64,000 nucleotides of DNA, from contig CAYWUV010000019.1 in the NCBI GenBank assembly GCA_964461235.1, positions 6,271 through 70,270 on the forward strand, in the 5' to 3' direction. The position numbers and the translations under genes were made by a program. A model generated the notes under the pieces. The model was not told the origin of the DNA and made no database searches. It saw nothing but the letters and a program-made list of their open reading frames with translations. This DNA is from an uncultured Bryobacterales bacterium (lineage in GTDB: Bacteria; Acidobacteriota; Terriglobia; Bryobacterales; UBA6623). Below are positions 16,939 through 26,881 of this stretch, one piece after another; the first letter of the stretch is position 1, and the number at the start of each line of letters is the position of its first letter.

Positions 16939-19373
16939 ATCGACCAATCGCGACCGCTTCGATCTTTCTCTTGGCGGCCGGCATGGCCAGAGCCGAGCGC
17001 GCGGCTGACCACCCCACCGGCAGCCGGACGACCCCGCCGACCATCGAGTCGATAGAGCCTCGGGGCGTTTCGCTAGGCGGTACGCACACGCTGACTGTGG
17101 AGGGGTACAACTTGCGTGGCGCTTCCGCGGTGCAGTTCAGCGACCCATCGGTTCTTGGGCGCATCGTGGAAGTCACGAACATGCCGGATGTCCCGGAGAA
17201 GCCCAGACTGGGAGCAGCGGGTTTGGTCTCAACCGTCGACCTGGGGCCGCAGCCTCCCCGGTACCAGGTGCGGATTGACCTGACGGTTGATAGGGGAGCC
17301 GATATCGGGCCAGTGCGATTTCGCCTCGCAACGGATTTCGGCACCAGTCCCGCGGGCGAGATGCTGATCGAGCCCGAGTTCCAAGTCTATGCCGAGGACG
17401 GACCAGCGCGGGGGGGTGACACCGATGCGGACCATCCACGGACGGCTTCGCTGCCCGCGATCCTGTCGGGGGTAATTTCCGAACCGGGCGACACGGACTA
17501 TTTTTCAATCAACGTCGAGGCGGGCCAGGAGGTGGTCTTTGAGGAGAGCGGCATGAAGGTGGGCTCGAAGATCGAGCCGATCATCGATCTCCTATCCGCT
17601 GATCACACAGCTGTCCGCCTTGGCAGGCAAGAGCGAGACCGGCCCGGCCGAGCCTTCTCACACCGATTCGAGACGGCGGGGAGGTATTTCGTCCGCGTCA
17701 GCGACTACCAGAAGAATGGCAGCCAAGGCCATTTCTACCGCGTGAAGGTAGGTGACTACCCGGTGGTCGAATCGGCGTACCCCCTCGGCGTGCGGCGCGG
17801 CGAGACTTCGACAGTAGCCCTGAGGGGATTCAACCTGGGCGACGGAAAGTTCGAAGTCCGAGGCGAGCCCTCCTGGATGGATGCCCGGAGGGTCCTGGTT
17901 CGCCCCGAAACGGAAAACGGGCGCGCCTTCAACGCCGTCAAGCTGGCCTTGGGTGATCACCCGGAGGTGGCGGCGAGCGGCAGCAACACATCTGTGGGAA
18001 CGGCACAGCGAGTGGCTGCACCCGTGACCATCAACGGTCGCTTGACCGACCCCTCTCACTATTTCCGTTTCGAGGCGAAGAAGGACCAGTCGGTTCTCGT
18101 CGACGTGACAGCGGCTCAGGTGGGCTCGCGACTCGACTCAGTGATCGACGTCCTAGCGAGGGACGGCGAGCCGATTGAGTCCGCCACGGTCCGTGCCGTT
18201 GCCGTGACCTACACCGACCTGTTCGACCACACGTCCGAGCAAGCCGAGATTCGATTGCAGCTCTCGAATGACTTCGACGCGGGCGACTACCTGATGCTCG
18301 GAAGCGAGGTGATGCTCGTGACCCGGATGCCGCGGCAGCCGGATGAAGGCATCGCTCTCGAATCGTTCCCGCCGATCATTCCCGGACGGCCGACCGGTGG
18401 CGCTGTCCGACTCTCCTCGTTCGGCACGAGCCCGCAAGCACATGCCAAGGGCACTCCGATGTACAAGGTCCAAATCCATTCCCCTGGAGCGCAGTTTCCT
18501 CCGAACGGCTTGCCGGTGGTGCGGCTCCACTACCGCAACGACGACGGGCCGTTCCCCCACGGCAAGGACTCCTTCCTGGAGTTCAAGGCCCCGGCAGACG
18601 GCGAATACCTGGTCCGTATCCGCGACACCCATGGCCGTAGCGGGGAAGACTACGGCTATCGGTTGGCGTTGCGTCCACGGCGGGAGGACTTTCAGCTGAC
18701 GGCGGATCCTCGCACGCCGAACATTCCCCAGGGCGAACGGATCCCTCTGCGGGTGACGGCCCTGCGCGAGGACGGGTTCGACGGTGCGATTCACATTTCC
18801 GTAGAGGACTTGCCTACTGGAGTTCACGCCCAAGACACAGTCATACCGTCGGGACAGATGGTCGCGACCGTGATGCTGCGTGCCGATTCCGACGCCAGGA
18901 TCGGCGAGGCGGTCCCACTGAAGATTCGCGGTACGGCGGAGGTCGGCGGGAAAACAGTCTCCAAGCAAGCCAACCAAGGTGACCGACTGCAGTTCATTGC
19001 CGTCACCGCCCCCGCCGACATTCTCATCACGACAGACAAACGCGAAGTCGTGCTCGAACCTGGCCAGGATGCCAGGATCACCGTCTTGGTGACTCGCAAG
19101 AACGGGTTCGGGGGTCGAGTCCCGGTGGAGGTTCTCAATCTGCCACCTCACACCGATACACCCGAGGTCGGGCTGAACCGCATCATGATCACAGAGGAGC
19201 AAGATTCGAGGACGTTCTCGATTCGGGCGCTGGCAGGCGCGAAGCCCCTCGAGCAGTTGATCTACGTCGCCGGCATAGTAGAGACTCGTTCCCCGCAACC
19301 GACCTCATTCACAGCCGAGCCGATAGTTCTGAGAATCGTCGCCAAACCGGGAGGCGCGGCGGGTGGCGAATAG
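16935..19373 (+). CDS. Secreted IPT/TIG + multiple PPC (pre-peptidase C-terminal)-like domain protein
   Basis: Signal peptide. An IPT-like segment (PTIESIEPRGVSLGGTHTLTVEGYNL), then repeated PPC-type modules (GDTDYFSINVEAGQEVVFE, SHYFRFEAKKDQSVLVDV, FKAPADGEYLVRIRD). Its ATG overlaps the upstream stop codon (ATGA). Confidence 0.8.
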   Translation: MNRPIATASIFLLAAGMARAERAADHPTGSRTTPPTIESIEPRGVSLGGTHTLTVEGYNLRGASAVQFSDPSVLGRIVEVTNMPDVPEKPRLGAAGLVSTVDLGPQPPRYQVRIDLTVDRGADIGPVRFRLATDFGTSPAGEMLIEPEFQVYAEDGPARGGDTDADHPRTASLPAILSGVISEPGDTDYFSINVEAGQEVVFEESGMKVGSKIEPIIDLLSADHTAVRLGRQERDRPGRAFSHRFETAGRYFVRVSDYQKNGSQGHFYRVKVGDYPVVESAYPLGVRRGETSTVALRGFNLGDGKFEVRGEPSWMDARRVLVRPETENGRAFNAVKLALGDHPEVAASGSNTSVGTAQRVAAPVTINGRLTDPSHYFRFEAKKDQSVLVDVTAAQVGSRLDSVIDVLARDGEPIESATVRAVAVTYTDLFDHTSEQAEIRLQLSNDFDAGDYLMLGSEVMLVTRMPRQPDEGIALESFPPIIPGRPTGGAVRLSSFGTSPQAHAKGTPMYKVQIHSPGAQFPPNGLPVVRLHYRNDDGPFPHGKDSFLEFKAPADGEYLVRIRDTHGRSGEDYGYRLALRPRREDFQLTADPRTPNIPQGERIPLRVTALREDGFDGAIHISVEDLPTGVHAQDTVIPSGQMVATVMLRADSDARIGEAVPLKIRGTAEVGGKTVSKQANQGDRLQFIAVTAPADILITTDKREVVLEPGQDARITVLVTRKNGFGGRVPVEVLNLPPHTDTPEVGLNRIMITEEQDSRTFSIRALAGAKPLEQLIYVAGIVETRSPQPTSFTAEPIVLRIVAKPGGAAGGE

Positions 19374-19693
19374 CCTGGGCACGGTACTCGATCGCCCGAC
19401 TGCGCCCGGGCCAGGCGCTGCGGTCTCGACCCAAGCGGATTTTTCTTGCCGGCGAGGGTGCCTCCGGTTCCTTTGGTCCGGCGTTCTGGTCTGGCAGGGG
19501 ATCCGGTAACCCGGTCGCCGATTTGCCATGCGGGAGACTCTGTCCCGTAGGCGACGGTCCTCCTGCAGAAGCCAAATGCCAAGAGAGCCGGTTCGGCAAA
19601 CGAACCGTTCGGTCCAGACCCAGGGGATTTCCCCGACTTGCCGCCGAACTGCATGGCTGGCGACGAATGTCCTACGCAACCCTGCTGGAAACC

Positions 19694-20851
19694 CTACGAC
19701 CCCCCTGCCATGAGGTTCTCGAAGATGTGAGCCTGGTCGCGACAGCCTACGGCGAGGTCGAGATCCCCGTCCCCATCGATGTCCCCCAGCACCGCTTCGT
19801 GGGCCGGGCCGGTCGTCTTCGCGGACCACGCGGGTTCGGACGAGAGCTGTCCCCCGTCATTCCGATACAGGTAAATGCTGCCACCGTCAGCGTAGTCGGC
19901 GGCGATCATGTCATCGTCACCGTCGCCGTCCACGTCGCCGAACTCAAGACCGTGGAAGGCGGTTTCAGTCGGACTGCTCCACAGGACTTCCGGCGTGCCA
20001 CCGTCGTCCGGGACGGCTAGCTGCACGCTTCGTCCGACCTGATTCCGCCAGGGCCCCTTGGCGCAGAACAACTCCGGTACGGCGTCGCCATCGAGGTCGC
20101 GCCAATATAGCCGCTGGGTCCAACGGCTTTCGAGGTCTTCGAAGATCGTCGTCCCGTCATCGAATTGCCCGTCAGAATTCCGAAACACGACAATTGCGCC
20201 TTCTTGGTAAGCCGCGAGGATGTCCAGGTCCCGATCTCCGTCAAAATCAGCGAATATCGCGCTCTCCGAATACTCTTCCCTGCCGAGTTTGCGCGACACC
20301 TGGGGAGATGGCGTCCCGGACTCGTTCTCGAACACGGCGACACCGTTGATCGGCTCGCCCGCGGCCATCACCATGTCAAGATCGCCATCCTGATCGAAGT
20401 CTCCGAAGTCAATCTGATTCGCATTTGCAATCAGCCCTGTTTCCCAGTCAGGGAGCACTCCGAATTCACCGGACCGGTTCAAGTAGAGCGTGCAATAGCT
20501 CTCGTGAGTGCCCGCCAAGTCGGCCCAGCCATCATGGTTGAAGTCCAGCACGTCGATGTGATCGCAATCCGTGGTTTTCGAGGACTCCCAGAACGGTTCG
20601 AGAGCGATTGCGCCATTGTCGTTCCGGTACGCCACCCAGCGTCGAGGATCCGGGGCGCTGGTCACGAAGTCGGGATCGCCGTCGCGGTCGATATCGATGA
20701 ATCGAGCGATGCCATCGCCGCCCGAGGTGGCCGTGCCGCTGCTCCAGATCGGCTGGCTCGAGAAGGGGGCGTGCCCTTGGTCAGCCTCGGAACAGGCTGC
20801 GTGGAGCAGAAGCACAGCTGCCGCGATCGGGACGGAATTACTCGGAATCAT
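19694..20851 (-). CDS. FG-GAP/VCBS repeat (integrin-alpha-like beta-propeller) protein
   Basis: Signal peptide plus seven Ca-binding-type repeats (DIDRDGDPDF, DFNHDGWADL, GDFDQDGDLDMV, ADFDGDRDLDIL, RDLDGDAVPEL, GDVDGDGDDDMI, GDIDGDGDLDLAV). Confidence 0.85.
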   Translation of the reverse strand: MIPSNSVPIAAAVLLLHAACSEADQGHAPFSSQPIWSSGTATSGGDGIARFIDIDRDGDPDFVTSAPDPRRWVAYRNDNGAIALEPFWESSKTTDCDHIDVLDFNHDGWADLAGTHESYCTLYLNRSGEFGVLPDWETGLIANANQIDFGDFDQDGDLDMVMAAGEPINGVAVFENESGTPSPQVSRKLGREEYSESAIFADFDGDRDLDILAAYQEGAIVVFRNSDGQFDDGTTIFEDLESRWTQRLYWRDLDGDAVPELFCAKGPWRNQVGRSVQLAVPDDGGTPEVLWSSPTETAFHGLEFGDVDGDGDDDMIAADYADGGSIYLYRNDGGQLSSEPAWSAKTTGPAHEAVLGDIDGDGDLDLAVGCRDQAHIFENLMAGGS

Positions 20852-21212
20852 GCTGGATCTCCCTGGCTGGCGACGGACCTACGGCGCTCCGACGTCGGCA
20901 AGCACCCTTCCGGGCTCTCTGCCGCAGGTCGACCACGATTGTAGTTCGCGTCGGGGCGAGGATCGAGGCAGTTCGAGTCTGGCCGAGGGAAACGGAATGG
21001 TGGAGCGCAAGCGATCCGTTGCGTCTCGTGGGAATCGGCATGCCGGTTCAGCGGGAACCTGTTCATTCATTACGGAAACGACCGCAAATGCGGCACCGCA
21101 CCCGTCAGGACCGAGCGAGACCACGGTATCTTTCTCGTGGCCCTGCGTAACGCAGCAAGCGGAATGAGCGCGGTAATTCTTCGGTTCGGACAGGCGGTAG
21201 TCCGACAAGGGA

Positions 21213-22309
21213 TCAACTCGGACCCACTGCGGCTACGTTCAACTCGATCCCGAGGCCTGGCCTCTCCGTCAGTTCCATGATTCCGTCCTTGGGCAGCACG
21301 TGGTCGCCGTAGAGGTCAGCGACTTCGTCGAGCGGACGGAGAACTCCGCCGAGAACTCGTGCGGCCGCACCGCGTACTCGACCGTTGAATAGACGTGCCG
21401 CGAGGCCATCGAGTTGATCCCCGCCTGAGGACTATGGGGCATGACAGGCTTGTTGAGCGTCGTCGCCATGTCGTAGATGCGCTTCACCTCTGAGATGCCG
21501 CCGGCGTTGAGAATATCCGGCTGCAGGATGTCGGGGTCGCCGAGCAGAACCAGGTTGTGGAAATGCCAACGGTAGGCGTCCTGCTCGCCGGCGGGAACGG
21601 CGACATCAAGGGCGTCGGCGACTTGCTTCAGCCCGGGCAGGTCGTAGTTGGGAATCGGCTCTTCAAAGTGATTGATGCCGAGCGCCTCAAAGCGCCGTCC
21701 CCGTTGGATAGCCGTCGAGACCGAGTAGCCGTTGTTGGCGTCGAATCCGAGGTGGATTTTCGGCGCGAGAGATTCGCGCACCAGCCGATACATTTCGAAG
21801 CCCTTGTCCGGGTTGGCGTCCTGACGCCAGCCGCGCCAGTCCATCCGGATCTTGAAGGCGCGAAAACCCGAGTCCCAGCCGGCCTTCACCTGAGAGAGCA
21901 TCTCCGTCGTATCCATTCGCCAGCCGGAGCCGGTACTCCAATAGAGCGGAATCGTCGTGCGGGCCGCCCCGCCAACCAGCCTGAAGACCGGGAGCCCGGT
22001 CTCTTTGCCCATGAGGTCCCACAGGGCAACATCGATGACACCGACGACGTAGCCGGGAACGCTGTGGAGGACTTCGCCGCTGCCAAGCGCGAGCGTGTTT
22101 CAGTGGCGGTCGATCTCGAGCGGATTCTCGCCGACGAGAGCGGGTTTGATGATCGCTTCGAGGTAGGCGCGAAAGACCGCCTCGCGTTCCGGAATGATCC
22201 GATTCGGACCCGGCGCTTCGGCCCATCCTTCGACGCCGGCGTCCATCTGGATACGCAGCAGGTTCTTGCGAGTCTTGAGCGGCGTAAGCGTGATGCCAGT
22301 AATCTTCAC
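21213..22309 (-). pseudogene. Enolase-superfamily (mandelate racemase/sugar-acid dehydratase-like) pseudogene
   Basis: ORFs 22100-22309 and 21269-22012 are in the same frame, separated by an in-frame TGA (22100-22102) at a position expected to be Trp (IDRH*NTL). The C-terminus (PLDEVADLYGDHVLPKDGIMELTERPGLGIELN) continues in another frame to 21213, so there is a frameshift near 21335-21350. Confidence 0.8.
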
Positions 22310-22628
22310 GGTTGGGTCGAGAGCTTCTCTGAAGTTGGTCGTCCACCTCGGAGCAACCGGGGTCAGCCGAGTGTAGCGTGGCGGCAGACGGTCAGATCCC
22401 GCGACTCGGCCAGCGCAGAGTTAGAGGCCGGACGGGGGTCAAGCTCGTCGGATTGCCGTCGGCCAAGGTTGGTCTTGAGCCGGGGGGCGCGACGGCCTAC
22501 GGGGAACCGTGCTTGAGTGGCACCTCGCACGAGGCGCTCAACCCTAGTACAGGCGGGTGGGGATCGCTTGGCCACGGACCGTTTACCAGCTACGATGGAC
22601 CTCGGACCTGCGGCACAGGGGGGAATCC

Positions 22629-23105
22629 ATGGCACGATTCGCAGTTAGCGTGAACGGAAAAGGGCTGTCCACGGAGTCGCCCCCGGATCGCTCCTTGCTC
22701 GACGTCCTCCGGGAGGACTTCGGTCTCACTGGCACGAAATACGGTTGCGGCGAGGGCGAGTGCAGGGCCTGTACGGTCTTGATCGACAATCTGCCGAGGG
22801 CTTCCTGCCTCACACCGGTCTCGAGCGTGGAAGGTAAGAGCGTCACGACCATCGAGGGTCTCGCCTCGGACGGCCAACTCACGAAAGTGCAGCAGGCCTT
22901 CATCGACTCGGATGCGGCGCAATGCGGATTCTGTACGGCCGGAATGATCATCGAGGCTACTGCCCTGCTGGACAGGAATCCGAACCCGAGCAGATCGGAG
23001 ATTCTCGATTCGATCAATCCGCACTTATGCCGTTGTTGCGGCTATCGCAACATCCTGGCGTCGGTGGAGACGGCCGCCCGGGCCCGGGAGGGGACCAATG
23101 CCTGA
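22629..23105 (+). CDS. (2Fe-2S)-binding small subunit of a molybdopterin oxidoreductase (IorA/CoxS-like)
   Basis: GCGEGECRACTV and CGFCTAGMI...CRCCGY cluster motifs. ATG at 22629 is preceded by GGGGGGA. Confidence 0.9.
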   Translation: MARFAVSVNGKGLSTESPPDRSLLDVLREDFGLTGTKYGCGEGECRACTVLIDNLPRASCLTPVSSVEGKSVTTIEGLASDGQLTKVQQAFIDSDAAQCGFCTAGMIIEATALLDRNPNPSRSEILDSINPHLCRCCGYRNILASVETAARAREGTNA

Positions 23106-25227
23106 GCGATTCCGCGAAGACCTGTTCGAACCCGATCGCAAGGAACTCGCGGAGGGTCCAGCGTACCGTTTCGAGTTGGACCGCCGCGAGTGGGCCGCTG
23201 TTGTCGGCACCGGCCTGCTCGTAACGGCCGCGGGCAGGGTTGTGTTCAGCCCCGGCGTCGCAGCCGCCGAGATTCCGCCTTCCACACGACTGCACCTCGG
23301 CGAGAACGGGTCGATCATCGTCCTGACGGGCAAGGTCGAGGTCGGACAGGGCTCTCGAACGGAGATCCTCCAGGCGGCGGCCGAAGAACTCCGCGTCGCC
23401 CCCGAAGCACTGGAGGTGATGCTGGCCGATACCGCGGTAACCCCGGACGACGGTTCGACTGCCGGGAGCCGAACGACGCCATCGACCGTACCAGTGGTCC
23501 GCCGGGCGTGCGCCGCAGCTCGCGAGATGCTCGTGCGCACCGCAGCAGAGGCGTGGAATGTTGGGGCGAGTCAGCTGGACGTTGAGGACGGAGCGATCGC
23601 CCACGCGGGAAAACGGCTGGCCTACGCTGACTTGGCACGATCGAATCGGTTGACGTCTACCGACGACGTGAGCGTGCCCAGGGGAGTTCCGCTCACGGAA
23701 GTCGACCACTGGACGGTGTTGGGCCGAACCCTCCTGAAGACCAAGGCCCGCGAGATAGTCACCGGCGCTCATCGCTACCCATCCGACATCGTGCGCCCGA
23801 ACATGCTGTACGGGGCCGTTTTGCGGCCGCCTTCGTACGGCGCACAGCTCGAAGGTGTCGATCTCGGACCCGCCAAGGAAATGGGCGCGGTGGCAGTTCG
23901 CGACGGCGAATTCGTCGGCTGCGCCGCCGAGACGTCCTACGCAGCGCGGAAGGCGATCGAGGCGATCGGCAAGTCCGCGAAATGGCGGTCTGCGGCGCAT
24001 CCCTCCAGCGAACGTCTCGGTGCCTACTTGAAGGAACGTGCGCGGACCAGCGGCGGGGGACGTCGCGGCCCGCGCCAACGCGAGAGCGGCGACGTCGATG
24101 CCGCGCTGGCGGCTTCCAGGAACCTCGCGGCTTCCTATGAGATCCCCTACGTCCAACACGCGCCGATGGAGCCGCGTGCGTCCGTAGCCGAATGGGATGA
24201 ACGCCGGCTCACCGTCTGGATCGGCACACAGCGGCCGTTCGGCGTTCGCGAGCAGTTGATGGAGGCTTTCCGCCTGACGGCCCAGCAGGCACGTGTGATC
24301 GTGCCCGACACCGGCGGCGGATTCGGCGGCAAGCATACAGGCGAGGTCGCCATCGAAGCTGCACGATTGGCCAAGGCGGCCGGAAAGCCGGTTTCGTTGC
24401 GCTGGACCCGGTCGGAGGAGTTTGCCTGGGCCTACTTCCGGCCCGCTGCCGCCTTCGAGACTCGGGCCGCTCTCGATGGCGAGAAGATCGTCGCCTGGGA
24501 CTTCACCGCCTACAACCCGGGAACAGCGGGAATCGGGACGCCCTATGCCATCCCGAACGTCCGCACGCGGTATTTCCCCTGCGACTCTCCTCTCCGCGAA
24601 GGCTCCTACAGGGGCATCGGAGCGACCGGCAACAACTTCGCTCGCGAGGTCTTCATGGACGAGCTTGCCGACGCTGCGGGACTCGATCCGCTTGAGTTCC
24701 GGCTTGCCAATTCGAACGACGAGCGGTTGTCGGGCGTTCTTCGGGCAGCGGCCGATCGGTTCGGCTGGACACCCGGCCAATCGCCTGGAGAGGATCGTGG
24801 GACAGGTATCGCCGCGGGTTTCGAGAAAGGCTCCTATATCGCCATCTGTGCGCAGGTCCGTGTCGAGGGGAATACCGTCGAGGTTGAGCGACTAGTTTCA
24901 GCGTTCGAGTGCGGAGCGATCCTGAATCCCCGCAATCTGCAGGCCCAGGTCGAAGGCTGCGTCATTCAAGGTCTCGGCGCAGCCCTGAGTGAAGAGATCC
25001 GCTTCGCTAACGGAAAGCTGCTGAACGGCTCGTTCTCGCAATACTCGGTACCGCGCTTCCGAGACGTACCGCCGACGGAAACGGTCTTGCTGGATCGGCC
25101 CGATATCGAATCGGCCGGTGCCGGCGAGACTCCGATCATCGCCGTTGCGCCGGCCTTGGCGAATGCGGCGTTCGTCGCGACGGGTCAGCGAATGCGGTCC
25201 CTCCCGCTACGTCCGCGTAGGGCTTGA
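23098..25227 (+). CDS. Molybdopterin-binding large subunit (xanthine dehydrogenase/aldehyde oxidase family, IorB-like)
   Basis: 709 aa. Tat-like N-terminus (RREWAAVVGTGLLVTAAG). Family blocks include GKVEVGQGSRT, IPYVQHAPMEPRA, GGGFGGK, YRGIGATGNNFAREVFMDELA and GAGETPIIAVAPALANA. Overlaps the small-subunit gene by 8 nt. Confidence 0.9.
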   Translation: MPERFREDLFEPDRKELAEGPAYRFELDRREWAAVVGTGLLVTAAGRVVFSPGVAAAEIPPSTRLHLGENGSIIVLTGKVEVGQGSRTEILQAAAEELRVAPEALEVMLADTAVTPDDGSTAGSRTTPSTVPVVRRACAAAREMLVRTAAEAWNVGASQLDVEDGAIAHAGKRLAYADLARSNRLTSTDDVSVPRGVPLTEVDHWTVLGRTLLKTKAREIVTGAHRYPSDIVRPNMLYGAVLRPPSYGAQLEGVDLGPAKEMGAVAVRDGEFVGCAAETSYAARKAIEAIGKSAKWRSAAHPSSERLGAYLKERARTSGGGRRGPRQRESGDVDAALAASRNLAASYEIPYVQHAPMEPRASVAEWDERRLTVWIGTQRPFGVREQLMEAFRLTAQQARVIVPDTGGGFGGKHTGEVAIEAARLAKAAGKPVSLRWTRSEEFAWAYFRPAAAFETRAALDGEKIVAWDFTAYNPGTAGIGTPYAIPNVRTRYFPCDSPLREGSYRGIGATGNNFAREVFMDELADAAGLDPLEFRLANSNDERLSGVLRAAADRFGWTPGQSPGEDRGTGIAAGFEKGSYIAICAQVRVEGNTVEVERLVSAFECGAILNPRNLQAQVEGCVIQGLGAALSEEIRFANGKLLNGSFSQYSVPRFRDVPPTETVLLDRPDIESAGAGETPIIAVAPALANAAFVATGQRMRSLPLRPRRA

Positions 25228-25492
25228 AAGTCCGCAGTCCGGTTTGCCTCCGGCTCCCCGGGGCTTTCAGAACGTCACGTCTTGTTACGACGCACGGGAC
25301 TCGGTGCGATTGCGCTGGTTCCGGAGCTTCGTGGACGCACACCGGCAGCGCAGCGGGGCCGTTTCGGACTGTGTGACTTCCGGCCCGCCACAGTTGAGGA
25401 TCGTTGAGCCCCGGACTGTTCCCGGGCGCGCTCCCGGTCGAATCCCGACCAGCCTCTCCGGGACCGCGCTACTGCTAGCATGGGCCGAAACC

Positions 25493-26881
25493 ATGCGAAT
25501 CCCCAGTCTGAGCAGGCGTCGTTTCTTCTTGCACCTGCCGCAGTCCCTGCTGGTCGCCTCGCTCCTGGCAACAACAGGCCTCGCACAACCCAAGCCGAAT
25601 TTCGTGTTCATTCTGACGGACGACCACGGCTGGAGTCAGTTGTCGTTCGCCATGGATCCGGAGGTTGGACAGGCCGGTTCCGAGTTTCTGGAGACGCCCA
25701 ACATGGCGCGCCTCGCCGAGCAAGGGATGCGCTTCGCGAGCGGCTATTCGCCGGCGCCGCTTTGCACGCCCACGCGTCGCAGCATCTTTTGCGGGATGAC
25801 TCCGGCGCGCCAGCGCGGCACTGAGTTCGCTTCCGAATTCGAATGGGAAGGCCGCTTGACCCTTCCCCAGGCCCTCAAGCAGGCCGACAGCAACTATCGC
25901 ACGGCGCACTTCGGGAAGTTCGGCTCCCAAATGGGTGCCAGCCCGGAACAAGTCGGGTTCGACGAAAGCGACGGTTGGACCACCAACAGGACCGGCGGCA
26001 TGCCGACTCCCATGGAAGAGCGCGGGCGCAGCATAACGAAACAGGACCCCAAGCTGGCCTTCGCGTTGACCGAGCGAGCGATCGACTTTGCAAAGCGACA
26101 GGTCGCCGACCAGCGGCCATTCTATGTGCAACTCAGCCATTACGCAGCGCACCTGCAGGTCCAAACCCGACCGGGATCGCTCACGAGATTCGAGGAAAAG
26201 GGACGCCCGGATCGCGCGGTGACGCACGCGTTCAGCGGAATGCTCTATGACCTGGATGAGTCGGTCGGCGGGATCCTCGATGTGCTCCAGGAGTTGGGCG
26301 TCGCCGAGCACACCTACGTGATTCTGATGGCGGACAACGGCGGCCGGGGAACGATTCCCGGGGCACAGGACTCGCTAGCACCTCCAAATCGCCCGCTCAA
26401 CGGTGCCAAGCATTCCCTGCTCGAGGGCGGGATCCGCGTGCCGTTCCTTGTCAGCGGGCCGGGAGTCAAGCCGAATTCGATCTCGCGCGTGCCGGTCACG
26501 GGATATGATCTGCTGCCTACTCTGTATGACTTGGCGGGCGGGACCAAGCCGCTGCCGCCAGAAGTGGATGGGGGCAGCTTTCGAACCGTGTTGGAGCACG
26601 GCGGGCTCGGCCAAGTCGAGCGCGCCTTCGAGGGTCTCGTGTTTCACCGCCCCAAGCACGGAAGGGACCCCGCTTCGGCGATTCGCGTGGGAGACTACAA
26701 GCTGTTGCTTCGGTATCCGACTGGCACGCGCTCGCGGACGAGGCTGCTCTTCGATCTGGCTGCGGATCCGCTTGAGAAACTCGACCTGAGCAAGGAACGC
26801 GCGGAGAAAGCGGAGGAGCTGGAGCGGATGTTATTGGGATACCTGAAGTCGGTAGGAGCAGAGGAGCCTTCGCGCAGGTAA
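25493..26881 (+). CDS. Cys-type sulfatase (Tat-like signal)
   Basis: MRIPSLSRRRFFLHL... signal, then NFVFILTDDHGWSQL and the CTPTR formylglycine motif. The upstream part of ORF 25118 overlaps the previous gene and is unlikely to be coding. Confidence 0.88.
   Translation: MRIPSLSRRRFFLHLPQSLLVASLLATTGLAQPKPNFVFILTDDHGWSQLSFAMDPEVGQAGSEFLETPNMARLAEQGMRFASGYSPAPLCTPTRRSIFCGMTPARQRGTEFASEFEWEGRLTLPQALKQADSNYRTAHFGKFGSQMGASPEQVGFDESDGWTTNRTGGMPTPMEERGRSITKQDPKLAFALTERAIDFAKRQVADQRPFYVQLSHYAAHLQVQTRPGSLTRFEEKGRPDRAVTHAFSGMLYDLDESVGGILDVLQELGVAEHTYVILMADNGGRGTIPGAQDSLAPPNRPLNGAKHSLLEGGIRVPFLVSGPGVKPNSISRVPVTGYDLLPTLYDLAGGTKPLPPEVDGGSFRTVLEHGGLGQVERAFEGLVFHRPKHGRDPASAIRVGDYKLLLRYPTGTRSRTRLLFDLAADPLEKLDLSKERAEKAEELERMLLGYLKSVGAEEPSRR

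Noticed and set aside
19589-19607. Hairpin CGGTTCG-GCAAA-CGAACCG in the convergent gap 19374-19693, considered as an intrinsic terminator
   Set aside because: The stem is short (7 bp) and there is no U-tract on either strand. Rho-independent terminator features are weak throughout this GC-rich window.
20967-20983. tRNA T-arm-like sequence GGCAG-TTCGAGT-CTGGC, considered as a second tRNA or an att-site remnant
   Set aside because: The stem has a mismatch, no acceptor, D or anticodon arms can be folded at tRNA distances, and it does not match the 3' end of the tRNA-Asn at 383-457.
20879-21208. 109-aa minus-strand ORF between the enolase pseudogene and the FG-GAP gene
   Set aside because: It has a TTG start and no RBS, the second half of its composition is low-complexity, and no motifs are recognisable. 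It could be a remnant but is unsupported.
22310-22628. Leader of the Mo-oxidoreductase operon inspected for a Moco riboswitch
   Set aside because: I could not recognise the conserved Moco-riboswitch core by eye. A covariance-model scan (Rfam/Infernal) would be needed before any call.
23014-24780. Very long ORFs antisense to or overlapping recognised genes (e.g. 23014-24780 -, 1514-2380 -, 9166-10248 +, 15670-16947 -, 18153-19298 -, 28336-29823 -, 32941-34143 -, 36664-38154 +, 42902-43819 -, 45015-45941 -, 49365-50345 +)
   Set aside because: Their translations are Arg/Pro/Gly/Ala-rich, low-complexity and motif-free, and each overlaps a gene with strong family signatures. These are the shadow ORFs expected in GC-rich DNA.
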